Source of the DNA: Rhynchopus sp. YZ270_cl-10
Lineage: Eukaryota
Length of the DNA stretch: 64,000 nt
NCBI GenBank assembly: GCA_964035575.1
Contig: OZ037836.1
Coordinates: 310,001 to 374,000 of the forward strand
Direction of reading: 5' to 3'
Part shown: one piece after another, positions 29,716-41,733 of the stretch
Layout: each line of letters begins with the position of its first letter
How positions within the stretch are numbered: the stretch's first letter is position 1
The notes under the pieces: generated by a model
What the model was told of the DNA's origin: nothing
What the model saw: the letters and a program-made list of their open reading frames with translations, nothing else
Databases searched by the model: none
Position numbers and translations under genes: made by a program

Positions 29716-30428
29716 TTGTCTTATTGTTTGTGTCGCTCTGTTGTGTGGTGTGGTTGTGGGCTCGCACTGAGTCACATACAAGAACCCTCAACCCTTCAAG
29801 GAGGAAACAGTAGAAGTAACCAGAAGTGCCAGGACATGCAGTTTGGATGGTTTGGAGCTTGTCAATAGTATTACGGAAAAGGAGGGTCGCGAGAGGTGGG
29901 AGGAGGAGGAGGGGGTGTCTGACTTCTGTCTTTTTGGGCCAAGTGCAACATTTTTTCTGGCATGTCGCCGGAAGCAACAGTGTTGCATCAAAACAAAAAA
30001 GAACAAAACAAAACACAAAGATGGCAAGCCTCCCAAACCGCTTGAAACCAAAACTGAAAAAGGGAAAAAAGGAAAAAGGTAAGGGGCGGGTAAAAACAGA
30101 CACGCACAGCACCTGAACATATGATAAAAACAAGTAAGTGATAACAGTGATTATCTTTATTTTGTTTTCTTTTTATGAAAACTTAGTTGTCTCAGTCTAG
30201 ACACCCGAGGATGTGTTCCACTGGACAAAACGCTTTTCCGTAACTGTTGATTATCTTCTTTTTCTTGTTTCTGTTTCTTTCCGCTCGTTTTCGTAATATC
30301 TACACGTTGATTTTTGAATTGCAATAAAATCAAAAGTAAAAACCAAACCACCAACAACCACAATAACCAGATTAAGAAGAAAAAGAAAATAGAAAACAAA
30401 ACAAAACAAAACAAAACACACTACGGTT

Positions 30429-31734
30429 CTATGCAGCCTGGTCGTACATCTTCCTCATGACCGGGTGGCAGGTCCTCTCCAGCTTCCTCTGGGAGGACTG
30501 GAACTCCTCCTTGGTGGCCTCAGTGCCGCAGAGCTCGAGGGCACCGTTGCAGGCGTCCATGACCTTCTTCTTGTCGTCGTCGCCGACAAGCCCGCCGGTT
30601 CTGTCGTCCATGAGGGTGGTGACCATCTGGTAGGCGTAGGTCTCGAGCTCGTGTCTGGCGTCGACACGCTCGCGTGCCTGCTTGTCGGCCTCAGCGAACT
30701 TCTCTGCGTCGTTGCACATGTCGTCAATCTCCTTCTGGGACAGACGGCCCTTGTCGTTGGTGATGGTGACCTGCGACTTCTTCCCGGTCGACTTGTCCTC
30801 GGCAGACACGTCCATGATGCCGTTCGCGTCGACGTCAAAGGTCACCTCAATCTGGGGCACGCCACGCGGGGCCGGCGGGATCCCGGTCAGGTCGAAGGTG
30901 CCGAGCTGGTGGCAGTCCTTCGTCATCGCCCGCTCCCCCTCGAACACACAGATGTTCACCACAGGCTGGTTGTCCGCACACGTCGAGAACTCCTGGCTCT
31001 TCTTCGTCGGGATCGTCGTGTTCCTCTTGATCAGCGGTGTCATCACACCCCCGTCCGTCTCAATCCCCACAGTCAGCGGCGTCACGTCCAGCAGCAGGAT
31101 CTGCTCCGTCTGCGTGCTCTTTCCCCCCGTCAGCACAAAGGCCTGCACCGCAGCACCAAAGGCAACAGCCTCGTCGGGGTTGATCGACTTGTTCAGGTCC
31201 TTTCCGCCGAAGAAGTCCGACACCATCGCCTGGATCTTCGGGATACGGGTCGATCCTCCGACCAGCACAACCTCCGTGATGGCCCGCTTCTCAATCTTCG
31301 AGTCGTTCAGCACAGACTCCACAGGGCGCAGGCACGACTTGAACAGGTCCGCGCACAGCTCCTCGAACTTCGCACGTGTGATCGACGAGTAGAAGTCCGT
31401 CCCCTCAAACAGCGAGTCGATCTCAATGCTGGTCTGTGCCGCCGACGACAGCGCACGCTTGGCACGCTCACAGGCAGTGCGCAGACGGCGCAGCGCACGC
31501 TGGTTCGTCGTCAGGTCCTTCTTGTGCTTCTTCTTGAACTCCTCCACGAAGTGGTTCACCATCCGGTTGTCGAAGTCCTCGCCTCCCAAGTGGGTGTCTC
31601 CCGCAGTCGCCTTCACCTCGAAGATCCCCCCGTCAATCGCCAGAAGCGTCACATCGAAGGTACCGCCACCCAGGTCGAAGATCAGGATGTTCTTCTGCCC
31701 CGCGCTCGCGTTGTCGAGTCCGTAGGCAATCGCC

Positions 31735-31766
<32 letters not shown>

Positions 31767-32273
31767 GTCCATCCCCGAGATCGCCCCTGCGTCCTTCGTC
31801 GCCTGACGCTGCGAGTCGTTGAAGTACGCAGGCACAGTCACAACGCTCTTCTTCACCTCCTTCCCAAGGAACTGCTCCGCCGTCTCCTTCATCTTCACAA
31901 GGATCATCGCAGAGATCTCCTCAGGCCTGAACGTCTTCGTCGTCCCCATGAACGACACCTCAATCAGCGGCTTCCCGTCCTCCTTCGCCACAACCTTGAA
32001 CGGCCAGTGCTTCATGTCGCTCTGCACAGACGAGTCCTCCAGCTTGCGCCCGATCAGACGCTTCGCGTCGAACACCGTGTTCGTCGGGTTCATCGCCACC
32101 TGGTTCTTCGCCGCATCTCCGATCAGACGCTCGCTGTCTGCGAACGCCACGTACGACGGCGTCGTCCGGTTCCCCTGGTTGTTCGCAATGATCTCCACAC
32201 GCTCGTTCTGCCACACTCCCACACACGAGTAGGTCGTTCCCAAGTCAATACCGATGGCTCCGTCGTAGGACAT
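30429..32273 (-). CDS. HSP70: Cytosolic-type heat shock protein 70, short C-terminus
   Basis: Signatures [22 protein letters not shown] and [13 protein letters not shown]. 614 aa, with no EEVD. Confidence 0.98.
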
Positions 32274-33660
32274 TGAGTGTTGTTTTGTGGTCTTTGGTTT
32301 TTGATAGAAAAAATAAGGTAAAAAGTGATGAGCTGTTTGTTGTGTGTGTTGTGTGTTGTGTGTGGGTGTTGGAGTGGGTAAGTGGTTGTGGGTATTGGGT
32401 GGTCAGAGGGTGGACACTTGGTTGGTGGACGGGAGGGTGTCAGTGTGGATGGTGTTGTGGGACGTGTCTTTGGTGTTGTGCGTTGTGGGGGGAGATCTGC
32501 ACAGATCGAGAATACGTGAAGAACACACTGGCAGAAGGAGACAAGAAGAAGGCAGACATGTTGCCACTGAGACGATGGAGGTGTAAGACAAAGGGGACAC
32601 CTCTGTGTGCAGAACTGTATGCTGCAAGGCTGTGTTGGCACGGGAGGGATGTCTCTCTCTGTGGGGGTGGACAAGTGGCTCAAAAGTGCTAAAACATGGA
32701 ACATAGCGTTTGTTATTCAGACCTCCCCTCGCGACATACCAAGTGGGGTTACTGCGAGGCCGCCAAAAGAGATGGCTCCCTACTGAACGGATGTCCCCTA
32801 ACGGTACCCCTTTTGCACTCAAGAGAAGGCACGGTACTGCGTGAATTGCACCCACGTAGGGGCGAACAACCTTCGTGACCACACAAGACCCACAGTGAGA
32901 GGTTGAAACAAGTTACAAAGGGGAGAGAGGTCTTTTGTTTTGAATTTTTGAAAGCTTAGTTGTATTAGTGTGGACACCCGAGGATGTGCTCCACTATGTG
33001 TTCCTTTTGAACTGGGCCACTATCGTTTTCGTTGGCCTTTATGTAAGTTTTGTATTTTCATGATTTTTCAGTTTCTCTATCCTCTGCGATATGACGCGCA
33101 AACACGCCGTTTTCAATTTGATTCGCAGACAGATACTGACTCACGAAGTTGCTGTGTCAAAAAACACTTTCCTCTGCGAGGCGGGATACCACAGCGACAA
33201 CGTCTATCACTCATGCGCCTATGAGTCGCTCAATGGCGTCATGGCTTTTATCATGACCACAGGGGTCCAACCCTGCACATTGCTCTCACAACACAAAATA
33301 CAAATATGCACACAAATGAAGAGATGAAAGATATCTCACAATAAGACAACAAACACCGGTGGGGTAAAAACTAAGGTGTGTTTTGGGACTTCAAAATTCT
33401 AAGGAGGGTTTTTACCCCACCGATATTTCTACACCTGGACATGAGAAATTTGGTAACAACATGGGGATTTATTTCTGATTCAAAGGGGTGTTTTACGTAT
33501 AGGGTACGGGGCGGAGAATAAAATATGTTCGATAAAAGAAACGCGATCTTTTTTGTTTTATCCTAATGATATAAATAATGGGACGAGAACCAGCACGCAC
33601 AGAACGTTGCTCTCTCTACGTAAAAGCTAAGATATATCACAACTGCGCTGTCCCGGGTAC

Positions 33661-33976
33661 TCACATGAACACACATTTGCACTTGTCATCATGCACACAT
33701 TCTGACACAACATTGCTCGATCCTGTAACGTTGATGCTGCTTGTACGTATTTTGCATCCTTTTAGGAAGCCTTTCTCAATGTGCTGAACAGTCGTCAACC
33801 CAGACAGGTCAAGTGTTCGCAATGCTGTGCAGTTGTAGAGAAAGTTCCTCCCAATTTGCGTCACATTGTTCCACCCAGAAATATCCAGTGTGGTCAATGA
33901 GGTGCAGCCGAAGAGAAAGTACTCATCAACCCGCGTCACATTGTTCCACCCAGATAAGTCAAGGACTTGCAATGCT
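33661..33976 (-). pseudogene. 3' half of CaaX-type UBL-LRR gene split by A3
   Basis: QVLDLSGWNNVT...KCKCVFM, paralogous to 57346..58428. Confidence 0.9.
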
Positions 33977-34053
33977 TAAACTTGTTGACGTGACCCATCC
34001 CCACCTTCTCAGATGAACTGAGAGGTGAGAAAGGCGCCACGTGACCACCTTCG

Positions 34054-37000
34054 TTATCGCGGGGCAAACCCGAGACGTCCCTGGGACGTGTCGTGGTGCC
34101 CTTTCCCGCAACAGACCTGAGGAGACGCCAGCATCGGCAATCCGTCCTTCTTCCTCTTCCGTCCCGCCTGCACACATGCACCGCAAGCACCCCTCCCGTG
34201 AGCCACACAGTTGTGGTGCTTCTGACAGCACTGCTTCATCGACACGTTCCCCGCACCCGCACACTGTCCGCACATCGAGAAGTTATGCACCTCACACGCC
34301 TCACGCGCCTCCACACAGTCACCCAAAATAAGCTCATCACAATGGTGCGTCGCACAGCACGCCGTGATGGGGATGTTGTTGTGCTCGCAGTCCCCGCATC
34401 GCATCTTGGTGTGTATGTCACACACCCGCATGGTACCCACCTTCCTCCTTACGTCCACACGCACAGCCGGTGTCTGCCGCCTGCGTGCCTCCTGCCGTCG
34501 AGTCTGCTCTGCCGCAACTGCAGCTATCGCAGCTCTCTTACGCACCTCCTCTGCCTGCTTCTGCTCTTCCTTCGCTTCCTTCCAGCGTTCGCTCTTTGCT
34601 GAGCGTTCTTCCGGAGTGGAAGTGTGAGCTACAACCGCGTCGTCACCCCACCTCGCCTTCGTCTTTTCTTTTTGTCGGGAGAGTGCTCTCCGCGACGTCG
34701 CCTTCTCCTGCAACTCCTTCAGGTACCCTTCAACCCCCGCCGCATGCGTCAGCACAGGTCGCACAGAATACCCCGTCATGATCCCCGCACCCAGTTCCTG
34801 TAAGTGGTGCACCTCCCTCTTCTCCACTCCTTTCCACACGTCCCTTCCACGCGCCATCGTTTTCGCCGTCCGCATCATGGCACCAAAAGATTCTGCCCTC
34901 TTCAACACCGTCTCACCCGGTACGTCCAACCCCGAGAAGATCTCAAAGTCCAGCATGAGCTCGAGCTGCGTGATGGGGGGCGTTGTGCCATCAGGCCAAC
35001 GCAATGCAGCGAGCCATGCCTTCAGCGCCCAGAAGTGGTCTTCCGTCCAGCGAGGACTCTTCTTCATGTGCTTGCTCCCCCACAGTACGTTCTCCAGCGG
35101 GTTGTAGCTCTCAAGCACTGCACCCTCCGGAGGATTCCAGCCCCAAGGAAAAAGGGATTGGCCCACCACCGCCTGCTTCTTCTTCTTCTGCGAAAACCCA
35201 TGTTCGACGTCGTACTTCTGCCTTGCCAGCGCGATGTTGACCAGCATCAGTTGCACACGTCGCACAGTCTGCTCTCTCTCCGCAACACTCAGCTCCTGCA
35301 AGAATATCGTCGGCACCAGGCCAAAGTCCAAGAAGCACGGGGGTGCGTCTTTGAGCAAAACCCGGAGTTTTCCGATGTCCTCTCCACGAATTTCGTCCCA
35401 CTGCGGGCACCACCACCAAGCGTGTCTCCGGTCCTCTATCGCCTCACCACAGTATCGGCACAACGAAGTCTCCACCTCCTTGTTCCTCAGCAGCTGCACC
35501 CCCACCAACTGAGAGCCCGACAAGGCTCCGCGTATCGCGCCCGCCAGGTATCTGTCGGTCGTGCGGTCCTTCCACACTGCGTTCGTCGCCTGGCGATCCA
35601 CACCTCCCTCAATGCCCTGCATCGACGGCCTTGTCGTCACTGTCAGGCGGTACGCGTGTGCACGGATGCCCTCTCTCAGCTCATGCAGCCATTTGCCCTT
35701 GTCCCACAGACGAACGTGCACCCTCAACCCGATGTGTGTGGTCCAGAAGTCGAAGCTGCTCCACCGCCATCCGTATCGCTCCAGGTCGTCCCACAACAAC
35801 TCTATCACACCCTTCTTGTGCACTTCAGTTACCCTTGGGTTGGCAACCCCAGGGTTCTCACGCCGGAGACGTGCCAGCTCTGAAGCCCTGTCACGCCGCC
35901 TCACCTCCCGCTCCGCTCTTCGGTCATGTGCCAGCCTCCACACTTCTTCTGCTTCTCTCCGCATGCCGTCATCTTCTGTCAGTCGGAGAAAGGCCGCCAT
36001 CCTCCTCTGCACAATCTCCGCTGGCGCATCAATCCCAACCGGAGATAACACATGCCACACAATGTTCAGCGTGCGCTGCTTCCTGCCCTGCCCCCAGACT
36101 GCCAGTGCTGCCCCTTGCCTCAGCGTCTCTATCGTCTGCTTCGAGAAGTCTGTCACTTCGCACCCATGCAACGCTGCCATCATTGGTCCCCTTGCGCCAA
36201 TAAGTGCCTTCTCAGTGAAGGATAATGGCACACTCGAAACCCTCGTAAATACACGGTGCGCAGTAACCGCACGCTCACGCGCGATGGGCCCGAAGTTCCC
36301 CTTTCCTGCCAAAATGTCTGCTCCAACCGCCCCGAACTGCTTCTTGTCGGGGAAGAACCCGTCGCCAAGTCCAAACTTCGTCTTTGTTCCCTCCTTCGAG
36401 GTAAATCCTACGCACTTCTCTGCCTTGACCTCCATGTCCGCAGCAGTGATAAACTCCTTCGTCACCCTCGCAGCACCATGCACCTCCGCTTCCGTGTTCG
36501 CCACAGCATACACGTCGTCAGCGTACCCCATGGCGATTGCTCCCGTCCTTCTCGTCACTGCAGATCCCCACACCGCCATCAGCGCGTTCAACAGCACGAC
36601 AGAAAGCGGGCATCCTTGCAGGATACCATTTGTCGTACGGAAAGCGCCTCCCACACCTACGTCTCCCAACTTGAAGCGGCGTTCCATGGCAGTGTACGCC
36701 GCCCTCAGTGGTCCAAGAATGCGCCAGTGCGCGCCCCACTCCTCCGCCAGCGATAGCACAATCTCATGAGGTACACGATCGAAACATTTGGCGTAGTCAA
36801 TCGTGAAGCCCCATACCTGGTCTGTGTCGTCACCCGACAGCACCGCCTTCTCCAGTTTGAGTGACAAATGCCAGTACAGGTGGGCAGTGCTGTGTCCTGC
36901 TCTGAAGCCGTGCTGTTGCTCACCAATCCAGCTTTCCTGCCACTTTATCAGCCTTCGCAACCTCGCTGCCGCCCACAGTCTGTACACACACGAAGTAATC

Positions 37001-38820
37001 GTGATTGGTCGCTGCTTCAGCGGAGTGTCGTCTTCCCCTTTGGGGATGAGCGCAATGAGTGCTCTCATCAAAGAAGGCGGCCACTCTCCCGTACACTCAA
37101 TCGCATCAAACACATCTGCCAGCCTGTCGAGCAGCACCAGAGGAAGCGCCTTCAGCTCTGCCATGCGCCAACCCTCCACCCCAGCAGAAGTTTGTGTCTT
37201 CATCCTCCCCAGAGTTTGCTGCAACTCCTTCCCCGTCAGCCTGTCCATCTGCATCGCTTGTCCCTTGCCTGCGATGTCTTCTGCAAACTTCTCCCTGAAC
37301 GCACCCCAGTCGGGCTCTGGCTTTTCCGCATATCGGCGAAGAATCGGCATCCACGCCTCATGCAGGAGGGTGTCCATCTCCTCAGCGTTGGCGGTGAACT
37401 TCCCATCCTCGTTCTTCAGGGCAGTCATCTTCCTGTACTGCTCGTCCTTGCAGTATTTGAAGATCGCCTTGGGAGCATTGTGCCATGCATCCCGTAGGCG
37501 CTGCCGCCAGTCCTCCAGTCGCTTCCGCTTCACTCGGTCCGCAAGCGTTGACACCTTCACTCGCACGGCTCTGCACAGATCCACCAAAGCCTCCTCGCTA
37601 GGCATATCCTGTTGCAGTGAGTCGTCGTCCAGCAGAACACGCAGTTCCTTCCGCGCCTTGCTCCAACAATTGCACACGTCATGTGGCGGCACACCACCGT
37701 TGCTCCTCACGTACCACAGTCGACATTCTTCCAGCCTGCCCACGTTCTTCGTCAGCCTTCTCTGGCTCACCGTCAGAGCGTCCCCTTCCTTGCTCTGCTT
37801 CGCAGTCCGGTGCTTCGGTGTGGGGTCGAACGTTCTGCCTCTACCGCAATACGCCTTCGTCGGGCCCTCAATCTCGCCTTCGCACGCCTGCAGCAAGAAG
37901 TCCTCTGCCCACTTGTTCCACTGGATCCACCTATCCTGAGGGTGTTGAAGCGCCCCCCACTGCAGCTCCTTGTTCGCAAACGCCTTTTGTGCCGTCTTCA
38001 CACCCTGTCCACACTTCTCCAAAGGGAACTGCTTCGGCAGAGTGTACGCGAGCACGATCTGCCTGTACGCACCTACATCCAGCGCTATCTCTACCGGTCT
38101 GTGCTGCGGGAGCCCAGAGTCGTGGACAACCTTCACAGACGACAGCCCTGTGCACGCAGCTCGGTTCAGCAGAACGTAATCGAGCCTCTTGCGGATCTCC
38201 TTGCCCTCCTTCACTGAGAAGTAGGTGTTCTCCGGGGTCGTCCCAAGCACCCTTGCGTGCTCTTCGGCAGTGTCCTTCCACCATCCTGTGTCTAGCGTAG
38301 CAGCCAGCACACCTGATTTCCCGGGACCTGCGTTGAAATCCCCACCAATCACCCCAGGAATGTCACCAAGCTCTGCAGCAGCCTCCATCACCTCGCCAAG
38401 TATTTTCTCCCTAGCCTCCGGGTCCGCCGACGGCGCGTAGACGGAGGTCACGTCGATCCACTCGTTGCCTTTGCCGTACGCCACCTTCGCCTTCACCCAT
38501 CGCGTTGAGTCCCAGAGGTTCTTTTCCAAGGTTGAGGAGGGCGGGCTCGTGAGCACAGGTATTCCCTCTTGCACCAGAATCGCAACACCACCAGATTTCG
38601 CTTCTTCGGCCGACCTCCATTCCGGCAACTCCTTACCCCACACCACCTGCCAACCCTGCTCGCGGTACTCGATGGAGAGGCGCTTCTGCGTCGTCACGGT
38701 GCACTTTGTCTCTTGTACCAGAACAACTTGAGCATCCTCCGCAACCTTCAGCAGAGAACTCCCGCCTGTCTGCAGCGCCGTCACATTGCTGCACACTATC
38801 TTTAGTGGGGCAAGGCCCAC
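34054..38820 (-). CDS. A3 ORF2: APE + RT + Zn modules (1588 aa)
   Basis: Nearly identical to A2 ORF2. Confidence 0.95.
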   Translation of the reverse strand: MGLAPLKIVCSNVTALQTGGSSLLKVAEDAQVVLVQETKCTVTTQKRLSIEYREQGWQVVWGKELPEWRSAEEAKSGGVAILVQEGIPVLTSPPSSTLEKNLWDSTRWVKAKVAYGKGNEWIDVTSVYAPSADPEAREKILGEVMEAAAELGDIPGVIGGDFNAGPGKSGVLAATLDTGWWKDTAEEHARVLGTTPENTYFSVKEGKEIRKRLDYVLLNRAACTGLSSVKVVHDSGLPQHRPVEIALDVGAYRQIVLAYTLPKQFPLEKCGQGVKTAQKAFANKELQWGALQHPQDRWIQWNKWAEDFLLQACEGEIEGPTKAYCGRGRTFDPTPKHRTAKQSKEGDALTVSQRRLTKNVGRLEECRLWYVRSNGGVPPHDVCNCWSKARKELRVLLDDDSLQQDMPSEEALVDLCRAVRVKVSTLADRVKRKRLEDWRQRLRDAWHNAPKAIFKYCKDEQYRKMTALKNEDGKFTANAEEMDTLLHEAWMPILRRYAEKPEPDWGAFREKFAEDIAGKGQAMQMDRLTGKELQQTLGRMKTQTSAGVEGWRMAELKALPLVLLDRLADVFDAIECTGEWPPSLMRALIALIPKGEDDTPLKQRPITITSCVYRLWAAARLRRLIKWQESWIGEQQHGFRAGHSTAHLYWHLSLKLEKAVLSGDDTDQVWGFTIDYAKCFDRVPHEIVLSLAEEWGAHWRILGPLRAAYTAMERRFKLGDVGVGGAFRTTNGILQGCPLSVVLLNALMAVWGSAVTRRTGAIAMGYADDVYAVANTEAEVHGAARVTKEFITAADMEVKAEKCVGFTSKEGTKTKFGLGDGFFPDKKQFGAVGADILAGKGNFGPIARERAVTAHRVFTRVSSVPLSFTEKALIGARGPMMAALHGCEVTDFSKQTIETLRQGAALAVWGQGRKQRTLNIVWHVLSPVGIDAPAEIVQRRMAAFLRLTEDDGMRREAEEVWRLAHDRRAEREVRRRDRASELARLRRENPGVANPRVTEVHKKGVIELLWDDLERYGWRWSSFDFWTTHIGLRVHVRLWDKGKWLHELREGIRAHAYRLTVTTRPSMQGIEGGVDRQATNAVWKDRTTDRYLAGAIRGALSGSQLVGVQLLRNKEVETSLCRYCGEAIEDRRHAWWWCPQWDEIRGEDIGKLRVLLKDAPPCFLDFGLVPTIFLQELSVAEREQTVRRVQLMLVNIALARQKYDVEHGFSQKKKKQAVVGQSLFPWGWNPPEGAVLESYNPLENVLWGSKHMKKSPRWTEDHFWALKAWLAALRWPDGTTPPITQLELMLDFEIFSGLDVPGETVLKRAESFGAMMRTAKTMARGRDVWKGVEKREVHHLQELGAGIMTGYSVRPVLTHAAGVEGYLKELQEKATSRRALSRQKEKTKARWGDDAVVAHTSTPEERSAKSERWKEAKEEQKQAEEVRKRAAIAAVAAEQTRRQEARRRQTPAVRVDVRRKVGTMRVCDIHTKMRCGDCEHNNIPITACCATHHCDELILGDCVEAREACEVHNFSMCGQCAGAGNVSMKQCCQKHHNCVAHGRGACGACVQAGRKRKKDGLPMLASPQVCCGKGHHDTSQGRLGFAPR

Positions 38821-38828
38821 GGTCGTGA

Positions 38829-41693
38829 TTAATACGACCTTTCTCGGTTATTGTCCGTGTCGCGGGGGCGGCTGTTCTCGTCCGTCGTCGTATCTTTCTT
38901 CTTCTCCTCACCGCCACGATCTTGAGCATCCCTGGCCTTGTCCTTGGCCTCGCGAGCTGCCTTCTTCAGCGCCTCGTTCTCCTCCGTGAGCCGCTTGCTC
39001 TCCGCTGCCAGCTGCACGTTCTGGTCCTTGCACTGCTGCACCGTCTCCTTCATCTCAGCACATTCTGCTCTGAGCTGTTCCATGTCGAGAGGCTGCGGCG
39101 GTTGCGCGACTGGTGCCGACTGCTGCGGCTGTCCCATCATCCGCTTCTGTGCCTCCAACATCTCCTTCTGCTGCTCCATGACGCCCTTCATCATCTCCCG
39201 CAATTCCTTCATCTCCTTCTTCATCATCTCTATCTCGTCCTGCGCTGCTGATGAAGCTGCGGGAGGTGCCGGAGCCGCCGGTGCCCCTGTTGCAGGGTGG
39301 GGTCGAGCTGCAGGTGGTGCGTATCCCCTCGCCTTAGCCGCCCACGTGCCAGCGCCGCTCTCTGCTGCTCCTTGCCTCGGTACTGGGAACTGCGCCAGAG
39401 GGAAACCCCACGGATTCGCACCCACCTTCTGCACACGACGCCCTTCCTTCACCGCACACACCGTCAACACCAATCCACCCACCTCCAGCACCCCTTCTGT
39501 GCTCGGGCACGGCACATCCGACGTAACCGTCCACTTGTGCCCTCGCGACAGCACCTTCACCGTCCAGCTCGCCTCCCTCGCCAGCCCCTCACACAACAGC
39601 TGGACCGACGTGTTCGCCGGAATTCCCCCAATCTCGTACCTGTGTCCCTGCACGACGACGTCCTCCTGCACAAGAAGCCTCTTCGCAGCCTCCAAGTCCC
39701 CCTTCATCACCCGCACCGCGTAGCCCCCTTCCCCTACGGCGAGTCCGCGCACGCTATCCTCCATGTTCTCCTCAACAAGGTCCAGCCGTGCCAGAGCAGA
39801 CTCCAGCGGTTCCGCCTTCCACAACAACCCACAGTCCCCGTACTCCTTTGCCTGGAAGAGGTGCCGCACAAACACCCCTTCCCGTCCGCTTCTCCTCAGC
39901 ATGGCGCACACCATGTCCTCCGTCACGTCCACAGACATCTCCATCCATCCTCCTCTCTCCAAGCCGCGTCCACACCGCACCCCCTGCAACCCGTACCACC
40001 GACGCATGCGTTGCTCTCCCTTTGTGCGCCCCTCCCCCTGGAGCAACATCGTTCTGCCCATCAGCGTAATCAGCTTGCTCGAGAACGTGCTCTCCACCGG
40101 CTTCACCACGTCGTCCAAGTTAGTTGTCATGGACGACAGCCACACTTCTTCCACCTTTGCTCCCCGCTCCGTCTTCACCGCCACCTTCGCCTTCTTCGTG
40201 CGCGCTGCACCCGTACACTTCGAACGGGACACAATCACCATCTGCGGAAGTTGGTGCAGCAACTGTAACCCCTGCAGAAGTTCGCTCGCCTTCCACGCAA
40301 CTGCCGCCACCTGCGTCACCCCTTCCACATTGCTGGGCACTGCATCCCACACCGGTATTTTCCATCCCTGGGGCGCCAGGTTCAGTGCATCCTCCGCTGC
40401 GCTCTGGGTCACCGCCGTCGCCTTCTTCTTCCCCTTCACAGCTGTAGCCGGTACGTGCAGTTGCGGTTGTCCCACTGCGCACAGAAGTTCCTCCCCCACC
40501 TTCAACCCTGCCGATTCCACAGCACCGTAGTGTACCCCCTCGAACCCCAGGACTACGTCAGACTCCGTGAAGGTGAGGTTAGCCTTCTCCGGAGTTCCTT
40601 CTGCCAGCTGCCCGTCGGACTGCCCGTCGATCAGCGTAGCCCGTAGCGCGTTCTCCGGTCCAACGTCAAGCACAACAATGCGGACCTTCATCACCTTGGC
40701 GATCGCATGGAGACACAAATGGTCCCCCCATGTCCCCAGCTGCGCCATGCCTGCCAGGTATGCATCAATGCACCCCTCGTCCACAAATGGGCTGTAGTGT
40801 GCCTTCTGCTCCTTCATCACCTCAACTGCGAGCCTGCGGAAGCCTGCGTGACCATTCGGGGACCGCTCCACAGACCACGCCACCGACCGGAACAGACAGT
40901 CCCCCTTGCCCCCACATTCCTCCCATCGCAACCCCCATCTTTCCAGGTGTCCCTTGACACCTGGCTGCACGGCAGCTGCCAGCGTCTCCGTCCTGCATCC
41001 CCTTGCGGCGTACCCCCCTCCTGCAACCAGCTGGGCGTTGCTCTCTGCCTCCTTCATCCCCTTCCCCGCCTTCGCGCAGTGCTGCAGCGATACCCTTATC
41101 CCCCTCTTCTTCAACTCGCCCAGCAGCGCCTTCACCTTCTCCAGCCTCGGCTTCAGCAACGACGAGTCGCAGGCGTGCCCCTCAGCCACCTGCCTCCAGA
41201 CCACCAAGTGCGTGACCCACACGCGCGCGTGGGTGCCCTTCGGGTACGACCCGTCGGCCACCCCTTGAAGCCCGAGCAGGATGCCCTCGTACGCGGCTTC
41301 TGCCTTGGTGATGTTTGCCAGGCGGCGGGTTACTTCCCAGTGCGTTCCTGGTTCCTCCTCCGTCGCATCACGCGCCAGCGCACACAGCCCCGTCGTGTCC
41401 CGCACCTTCTCGCCCGTCACTACTCCGATGAAGACATCGGGATCCTTCCTCTCCTCCCCTGCACTGCGCTTCATGCCGCCTGCCCCCGGGTAGGCGGGCT
41501 GCCGTAGCCCCTCAGTCCAGTGCGCCTGCTCCGCCGCCGCCGTCACCTCGTCACTGCAATAGCAGTTCCACGACCTGCAGCACACAGGCGCCGGCGGGTG
41601 TGGCGTCCACTTGGCCGATCCGTGTGACGGATCGTTGCCCGGGATACTCCGCGTGGAGGCTGGACGTGACTTCGACACCATGTACGAAAACAT
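38829..41693 (-). CDS. A3 ORF1 (954 aa) with OTU domain
   Basis: Nearly identical to A1 ORF1, one codon shorter. Confidence 0.88.
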   Translation of the reverse strand: MFSYMVSKSRPASTRSIPGNDPSHGSAKWTPHPPAPVCCRSWNCYCSDEVTAAAEQAHWTEGLRQPAYPGAGGMKRSAGEERKDPDVFIGVVTGEKVRDTTGLCALARDATEEEPGTHWEVTRRLANITKAEAAYEGILLGLQGVADGSYPKGTHARVWVTHLVVWRQVAEGHACDSSLLKPRLEKVKALLGELKKRGIRVSLQHCAKAGKGMKEAESNAQLVAGGGYAARGCRTETLAAAVQPGVKGHLERWGLRWEECGGKGDCLFRSVAWSVERSPNGHAGFRRLAVEVMKEQKAHYSPFVDEGCIDAYLAGMAQLGTWGDHLCLHAIAKVMKVRIVVLDVGPENALRATLIDGQSDGQLAEGTPEKANLTFTESDVVLGFEGVHYGAVESAGLKVGEELLCAVGQPQLHVPATAVKGKKKATAVTQSAAEDALNLAPQGWKIPVWDAVPSNVEGVTQVAAVAWKASELLQGLQLLHQLPQMVIVSRSKCTGAARTKKAKVAVKTERGAKVEEVWLSSMTTNLDDVVKPVESTFSSKLITLMGRTMLLQGEGRTKGEQRMRRWYGLQGVRCGRGLERGGWMEMSVDVTEDMVCAMLRRSGREGVFVRHLFQAKEYGDCGLLWKAEPLESALARLDLVEENMEDSVRGLAVGEGGYAVRVMKGDLEAAKRLLVQEDVVVQGHRYEIGGIPANTSVQLLCEGLAREASWTVKVLSRGHKWTVTSDVPCPSTEGVLEVGGLVLTVCAVKEGRRVQKVGANPWGFPLAQFPVPRQGAAESGAGTWAAKARGYAPPAARPHPATGAPAAPAPPAASSAAQDEIEMMKKEMKELREMMKGVMEQQKEMLEAQKRMMGQPQQSAPVAQPPQPLDMEQLRAECAEMKETVQQCKDQNVQLAAESKRLTEENEALKKAAREAKDKARDAQDRGGEEKKKDTTTDENSRPRDTDNNRERSY

Positions 41694-41733
41694 TGTTTAT
41701 ATTCTTTCTTTTTGTGTACGTTGTGTGTATCCC
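41604..41733 (-). ncRNA. HDV-like ribozyme candidate at A3 5' end
   Basis: Same sequence and fold as the A1 candidate. Confidence 0.8.

Larger units (their letters stand above)
33977..41733 (-). mobile_element. Non-LTR retrotransposon family A, full-length copy A3
   Basis: 18-bp TSD tcaaggacttgcaatgct (33959-33976, 41734-41751) and two intact ORFs. Confidence 0.97.

Noticed and set aside
32835..32890. Repeated about 50-bp motif ctgcgtgaattgcacccacgtaggggcgaacaaccttcgtgaccacacaa (also near 43090 and 58685)
   Set aside because: It has a small hairpin, but I could not assign an RNA class and duplicated spacer explains it adequately.
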